Source of the DNA: a virus
Lineage: Duplodnaviria > Heunggongvirae > Uroviricota > Caudoviricetes
IMG/VR virus record: IMGVR_UViG_3300045988_007243
Direction: 5' to 3' (one strand)
Length of the DNA: 64,000 nucleotides
The notes below the pieces were generated by a model. It was not told the DNA's origin. It worked only from the letters and a program-made list of their open reading frames with translations, and made no database searches. Both the position numbers and the translations under genes were made by a program. This document shows, one piece after another, positions 58,877 through 64,000 of this stretch; the first letter of the stretch is position 1; each line of letters opens with the position of its first letter.

Positions 58877-59215
58877 TTAAATCTTGAAAATTTGCTCATT
58901 CTGCCACATATCGTAAAACTTATCACTTACTTTTGTGACTGAAGAAGTGTGCATACAATTCAGGGAGAACCATGATGATGTATTATCATCCATAAGTGTT
59001 TCAAGTTTTTGTGTAACGTTCACATCCATGTCTGCAACAACGTAATTGCCTCGCATCTTGCAAACAATTCTTCCAAACAAGATTGCACTTCTACCTCTTC
59101 GGTCATCACAGTACATAACTGTGTCCCCGTGCTTAACATCTTGTCCGAGGCTGTCAACGCCTAACTTAGCACCTGAGACAATATCATCATAAGATAGCTT
59201 TTTTGCTTTAGACAC
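58877..59215 (-). CDS. hypothetical protein
   Basis: 112 aa ORF. Confidence 0.35.
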   Translation of the reverse strand: MSKAKKLSYDDIVSGAKLGVDSLGQDVKHGDTVMYCDDRRGRSAILFGRIVCKMRGNYVVADMDVNVTQKLETLMDDNTSSWFSLNCMHTSSVTKVSDKFYDMWQNEQIFKI

Positions 59216-59540
59216 GGTATTTCTCCAAGTTTCTTTTTAGATACAACCAACCATAGTCAGTCCTTTCTACACCCATAAAGAGTGGAGCCATCACAACTTT
59301 ACCGAAAGTATTCCTGTGTTGGCAGATTTCAAAGGAATATTCTTTCTCAATATCAATCCCGTATTTGTATAGGACTGCTTTTAAAACTTGTTCATTGTCC
59401 AGAAGTGTATCTGGAGTCTCACCATATTTTTCTAGTAACGGGTCATTCATAAACACCGTCATAGAAATATTGTAGTTTGAGAAGTGGCTCTTTTGAGCCA
59501 CACCCTCTTTATTAATGTTCTGTGAATCCATTATAACCAA
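59208..59540 (-). CDS. hypothetical protein
   Basis: 110 aa ORF. Confidence 0.35.
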   Translation of the reverse strand: MVIMDSQNINKEGVAQKSHFSNYNISMTVFMNDPLLEKYGETPDTLLDNEQVLKAVLYKYGIDIEKEYSFEICQHRNTFGKVVMAPLFMGVERTDYGWLYLKRNLEKYRV

Positions 59541-60267
59541 CCCCTTTTAACCAGCACTTCAGGTTATTAGCATCATAATTCAGTTTCGGGTATGAGGTTA
59601 CATGGAACTGCTCACCATCATAGTAGACAATATCTGCAATCCATAGTCCATTCTCTTTACAGAAATCTTTATCTGCTTTAGAGGTAATTGGATTAACTTC
59701 TACAAAACCATCTACACCCAAATCCTTTAAGCTACATACAATACCTTTGCAGATAACGCATGTATCAGATACTACCACAAAAAGTTCTTGGCTTTCAAGC
59801 TCTACAATGTATTCACCAAGCTGTACTTTAGGGAGATTTGATTGCTTCATAATCTTCCCATCGGCTGCACGGACAATCGCATACCACTCTTTACCATCAA
59901 CCACTGACATTCTGATGATACACTCTTGACCAGTACGCTTCTCAATATCTGCAAGACGTTTTAAAGCTTCTTCATAGTCATCTGTGTACTTCAGGTCATT
60001 ATTATGGCAAACAGCTTTCATAGCACCGTTATGGTCATGTTGTGACAGATAAATCAGACCATCAAGAACATATTGCAAATCTGCCTGAGCATCCAGTGTC
60101 TCAATGGGGTCTTTTTCTTCAATTGCTTTTACAAGCTCTTTTGCTTCTTCAAGCATACACAGAGACTGGGATTTTAAAGATTCCCAATACTCATCACTGT
60201 AAGGTTGCTTTTGAGTGTTTCCACAACGAAGGTTCCAGTTTTTTACTGATTCTCTTGAGTTAAACAT
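59512..60267 (-). CDS. MazG-like nucleotide pyrophosphohydrolase domain protein (tentative)
   Basis: 251 aa; N-terminal EEAKELVKAIEE...LDAQADLQYVLDGL resembles MazG EExxE/D helices. Confidence 0.35.
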   Translation of the reverse strand: MFNSRESVKNWNLRCGNTQKQPYSDEYWESLKSQSLCMLEEAKELVKAIEEKDPIETLDAQADLQYVLDGLIYLSQHDHNGAMKAVCHNNDLKYTDDYEEALKRLADIEKRTGQECIIRMSVVDGKEWYAIVRAADGKIMKQSNLPKVQLGEYIVELESQELFVVVSDTCVICKGIVCSLKDLGVDGFVEVNPITSKADKDFCKENGLWIADIVYYDGEQFHVTSYPKLNYDANNLKCWLKGVGYNGFTEH

Positions 60268-60506
60268 TCGGACTCCTTAAAATATCTGTTAACTTTTAGC
60301 TCTCGTGTTTCAATATATTCTAGATGCTCACGTAGCTCTTGACGTTTAAGCATTAGGTGCTGCATTTGAGACTCAACAGCTTCAACTTCTTTAATTATTG
60401 ACTCTCTGGCATTTGCAAGAATGCGCTCAAGTTCTTCAATCTTGCTGTCAACCTTTGCTACATGACTCACAGCTTTACTTTTGTTAAACATTTTATTCTC
60501 TCTCAA
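60243..60506 (-). CDS. small coiled-coil protein (hypothetical)
   Basis: 87 aa, heptad-like Glu/Leu/Arg pattern. Confidence 0.35.
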   Translation of the reverse strand: MRENKMFNKSKAVSHVAKVDSKIEELERILANARESIIKEVEAVESQMQHLMLKRQELREHLEYIETRELKVNRYFKESECLTQENQ

Positions 60507-60512
60507 TAGTTA

Positions 60513-61010
60513 TCAAGTACAGTTTGCTTTCATTACCTTATGGATTCTTTTTTCAGCATCTTCATAAGTTTCTTTAGTGATAAACTTAATTGCTGCAATA
60601 TTGGCATTGTAGAAGAGTCTGAGCTTAGAGTCAATCCTTTTTGTCATTACATCGAATTTATGTTGGAGGTTTGCTTCACCATAAACTAGACCACCTTTCG
60701 TGTAGTAGGTTTGGATAATGTAAAAGTCAAAAAATTCTTTTCCAAAGCTCTCAATATCTTTTTTAATATACTCAGAAGAAGTCTCATAAGTCATCCAATC
60801 ACTCTCCTTAGTGACTACCTTCTTCCGAGTCTTGCCAGCAACTTTTCTTTTGGTCACACTATTAAGCTGTTTCTTTCCAATATAATATTGTCCGGTCTTC
60901 TTACAGTGTACTAAATAGACAAAACCAAAATGTTTAGTGGGGTCAACTTCCCCACATAAAGATATCCAATGACCATAGGTAGGACAATTGCCAAATCCTT
61001 TAATCTTCAT
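60513..61010 (-). mobile_element. GIY-YIG family endonuclease gene
   Basis: 165 aa; GFVYLVH...QYYIGKK matches GIY-N10-YIG motif. Confidence 0.5.
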
Positions 61011-62040
61011 TCATACACGGCTCCCAATTATATTTCTTGAAAGAGAAATTGTCTTTTGGATTTCTCTCTTGATATGCTATCCAGAAATGCTGTTCCATTA
61101 ACTCTAACGGTGTCTTTGTAACAGTCTGTCCATCCCATGACACATAGGTATAAGAGTCTTTTTTAGCATAGAGTTCATAGATAGCATCAAGACACTCTTT
61201 GTAGGTCTCTTTACCATCTAAAGCATTCATCACAGCTACTTTACCAGCACCTTTAAGTCCGAAGTAGTTGTCTGCATTATCTCCAGCAACAGCCTGATAA
61301 CACAAGAATTTAAAACCTACACCAACTGTTTTTGCAGCTTTTGGTTTTGATTTGATAGGGCAATCCCAGATATCACCAACATTGTTGTCAGCAATAAAAA
61401 TTAGTGGTGACTTTTCATAAGTCATATCAATACAATAAGTCCCTTCAGCTTGTCGAAGGTCTTTGTCAATACTCATAAGAGCAGCTTTCTTACCCATCTT
61501 TTCAGCTTTAGCAATTACGATTGAATCGGCTTCGAAGCCACCCCTTAAGAGTTTGAACTCTGGTCTTGACAGAAGATATTCACGACAAGCAACTAAGTGT
61601 GTTGGTGTGACAGCATCTTTACGGTTACCTTGATATTGGTGCTCAAGACCTTTAATGTCTTTATGCTTATGCACACCTTTCTCTGTTAAATAACCCACCC
61701 AAGTTCTTTCTTTACCAACAACCTTAAGCCATTCCTGAAGCACCTGTTGAGTCGCCATGATAGCTTCTTTCTCACTCTTAGCTTCTTTCCAAGTCTGTCT
61801 TTCCCATTCATCTTCATCAAATGTCAGGCCAAGCTCTTCCACAAGGATTCTCTGGTCTGCTAACCATCTTGCAGCATCTTTTGCATTATCAAACGAATCA
61901 GATTCCTCTGCTGTGAGTTTATTGACATATTTATATTTTGCTTTCTCAACTACACAAGCACCTTTATAGGCAATACTGTCAGAGTCAATAAAAACATGTG
62001 TAACTGAATCGGGAAGTTTTGTTAATGTGTACTTCTCCAT
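61000..62040 (-). CDS. 5'-3' exonuclease / flap endonuclease (RNase H-like)
   Basis: 346 aa; N-terminal VFIDSDSIAYKG resembles FEN/5'-exo motif. Confidence 0.55.
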   Translation of the reverse strand: MEKYTLTKLPDSVTHVFIDSDSIAYKGACVVEKAKYKYVNKLTAEESDSFDNAKDAARWLADQRILVEELGLTFDEDEWERQTWKEAKSEKEAIMATQQVLQEWLKVVGKERTWVGYLTEKGVHKHKDIKGLEHQYQGNRKDAVTPTHLVACREYLLSRPEFKLLRGGFEADSIVIAKAEKMGKKAALMSIDKDLRQAEGTYCIDMTYEKSPLIFIADNNVGDIWDCPIKSKPKAAKTVGVGFKFLCYQAVAGDNADNYFGLKGAGKVAVMNALDGKETYKECLDAIYELYAKKDSYTYVSWDGQTVTKTPLELMEQHFWIAYQERNPKDNFSFKKYNWEPCMNED

Positions 62041-62056
62041 TATGGCTCTCCATATG

Positions 62057-62092
62057 AAAAAGCCCCATACTAAGTACAGGGCTTTAAAGTAA
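62057..62092 (-). terminator. intrinsic terminator
   Basis: Minus RNA: aaagccc-N13-gggcttt hairpin followed by TTTTTCATATGG. Confidence 0.45.
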
Positions 62093-62103
62093 CTTTTTAG
62101 AGA

Positions 62104-62961
62104 TTAGTCTTCTGTATCGAAGTCTTCATCTTCTTCGTCATCTGGGTCTGGCAAGTCTTCATCGTCACCATCATCAGAATTATTCGAAGGTTTGTGGTCT
62201 GTTGCGTCTTCTTCAGTGATTTCACCGTTATCTTCAACACCGTCAAGGCCAAGCATAGCCAGTTCATCTTCATCCAGTTCAGGTTCACCATTAGCACCGT
62301 TACCACCAGTGTAAGGTACAAGAGTATCAATGATAAACTGTTCCTGAATAGGTTTTGTCAGAACATTGTTCTCAAAAGTGTAGAAGTGAGTAGAGAGAAT
62401 CACACTACCGAAAGAACCGTTACCAACTGCAATATCTGGATGAATTACATCATAGTTCTTGTCATCTTCATGTTTATCAGATGCTTGAGCTTTGATTTTC
62501 TTCATCGGCTGTTTAACAGCTACACGCTTACCATTTACTTCTTCAATCAGCATTACAGGGAATGACTGTTTAGCTGTCCATACAGCACCATCTTTATAAG
62601 CTGCTGCACGACTTACTTTCAAGATGTAGTAAGTGTCTGCTTCAAAAGGTGGTTTACAACCAAACTTCTCTTCGAAGTCATCTGCATCAACTGCTTCAGT
62701 AGTAACTTTATCCCAACCTTCTGGGTTCTTCTTAGACTTAGTAAACTCTTTAAAGAGTTTGTTACCGTCTTCTGCCAGAATTGATACGCTGTAGTTACAA
62801 TCTTTTCCTGGGAATTTCTTGTCAATAGATTTACCTTTACCCGGACGTGGTGAAGTGTTCAGGTAATAAAACCATACATCTTTCAGCAGGTAACGCAGAG
62901 TTTGACGTTCAGTACCGTTGTACTTCTCTACCGGAGCTTTCATTTTAACAACTTTAGACAT
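62104..62961 (-). CDS. ssDNA-binding protein-like (acidic C-terminal tail)
   Basis: 285 aa; last ~35 residues almost entirely Asp/Glu; located among replication genes. Confidence 0.35.
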   Translation of the reverse strand: MSKVVKMKAPVEKYNGTERQTLRYLLKDVWFYYLNTSPRPGKGKSIDKKFPGKDCNYSVSILAEDGNKLFKEFTKSKKNPEGWDKVTTEAVDADDFEEKFGCKPPFEADTYYILKVSRAAAYKDGAVWTAKQSFPVMLIEEVNGKRVAVKQPMKKIKAQASDKHEDDKNYDVIHPDIAVGNGSFGSVILSTHFYTFENNVLTKPIQEQFIIDTLVPYTGGNGANGEPELDEDELAMLGLDGVEDNGEITEEDATDHKPSNNSDDGDDEDLPDPDDEEDEDFDTED

Positions 62962-63179
62962 TATTTAAACCTCTATCTCAATTTATGAAGAGTACCAATT
63001 CTAATTTGTTGATACTCTATTGTCAAATACTAATTACTGGAAGTTGTGCTTATCTTTAGAAGCTGCTTTACGTGCAGTTTTTCCAGTTCTTACACGTTTT
63101 TCTTCATAGTATTTTGCTGGTTTTCCAGCAGTGGCTTTTAAGGAATCCCCAAAAACTTTTTCAAATGCTTTAGAGTGTT

Positions 63180-63473
63180 TCATGATATTCTCCGATATAC
63201 TTGATATTCAAACACATTTTCTTTCATTATAAACAGCCAACCAATATTATGTTCAGGTATAGTAATAGTGACTGTGATAATACTGTGATGGAACTTTTCT
63301 TCTACCTCAACACCTCCATCACATTTCATGTAGAGCATTCTATAGAACCTATCAATCTTTGTCAAACACTCTTCCTGAAATTTATTTAAACTTTTTTCTT
63401 CAAAGAAGGGTGTGAACCCCTCTCTTTTATAACTATCACTCAGTTTCGAATGGGCAGTCATCTGCATCCTCAC
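63180..63473 (-). CDS. hypothetical protein
   Basis: 97 aa ORF. Confidence 0.35.
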   Translation of the reverse strand: MRMQMTAHSKLSDSYKREGFTPFFEEKSLNKFQEECLTKIDRFYRMLYMKCDGGVEVEEKFHHSIITVTITIPEHNIGWLFIMKENVFEYQVYRRIS

Positions 63474-63972
63474 TTAATACAGGTGGAATCGTTGAGCTTT
63501 GACGCTGCTCTTCAGTATAGACTTCACCAGTCTCACGGTCAAACACTTCATCCTCATAATGTGGCAAAGAGTCATCATAATGGTCTTCAGCTTCACCAAT
63601 ACCAAACTGTTGGCGAATATTTTCTGCTGCGCCATCAATGTCAACTCCACAACCAGATGCTTTAATGAGACGTCCTGTATCTGGATTGTACCAAGTATGA
63701 CCAGCAATACCAGTTGACTTACCATGACGACGACATTTAGTTAACTTGATTTTTGTCAAGTTTTTCTTAACAGGGTCTGGGTCAACCTTGTTACGCATTA
63801 ACAGAATGTTGTTCATAGAAATCTGGAAATACGCACCAGAGCCTTTAATATCCTCTTCAGAGATATCTCCACCTTCGGAGTTAGCCTTCTGACCACCTGC
63901 ACTTTTACGAACGTGACAGACGTTAACCTGTGCATACTGGTAGCGTTTGCAACGGCGCAATAGCTCAGACAA
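63436..63972 (-). CDS. hypothetical protein
   Basis: 178 aa ORF, acidic C-terminus. Confidence 0.4.
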   Translation of the reverse strand: MSELLRRCKRYQYAQVNVCHVRKSAGGQKANSEGGDISEEDIKGSGAYFQISMNNILLMRNKVDPDPVKKNLTKIKLTKCRRHGKSTGIAGHTWYNPDTGRLIKASGCGVDIDGAAENIRQQFGIGEAEDHYDDSLPHYEDEVFDRETGEVYTEEQRQSSTIPPVLSEDADDCPFETE

Positions 63973-64000
63973 AACTTCCTCTTCATCCGTATCTGAACGT

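Overview
This window reads as part of a large, probably lytic, tailed-phage genome (no integrase or repressor seen). All calls are from manual reading of the sequence and the supplied ORF track; no searches or folding programs were run.

Layout, left to right:
- 1-14417 (minus strand): late structural operon — large terminase, portal, S49-type prohead protease fused to a scaffold-like tail, decoration-like protein, lambda gpE-like major capsid, neck proteins, sheath, tube, two chaperones, tape measure.
- 14639-20350 (minus): about 27 tRNA genes plus several tRNA-like remnants, driven by a consensus sigma70-like promoter at 20468-20496, with an HNH endonuclease and small ORFs embedded.
- 20515-21930 (minus): vWA/MIDAS protein.
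- 22634-30250 (plus): about 17 genes, including an Ig-like tandem-repeat protein and a GH24 endolysin.
- 30290-31960: ORF-free, packed with TTAACA(A/G) iteron-like repeats.
- 31970-37018 (minus): 13 small genes separated by repeated promoter/stem-loop/RBS cassettes.
- 37462-64000 (minus): macro-domain protein, spanins, SLT lysin, rIIA/rIIB, NAMPT-like plus PRPP-synthetase-like pair, NrdG, nrdD split by an HNH-bearing intron, NrdH, NrdB, NrdA, GIY-YIG endonuclease, FEN/RNase H, SSB-like protein.

The strongest candidates for something new are the repeated-cassette small-gene array, the phased iteron block, the NAD+ module, and the three short-variable-arm tRNAs carrying leucine anticodons.
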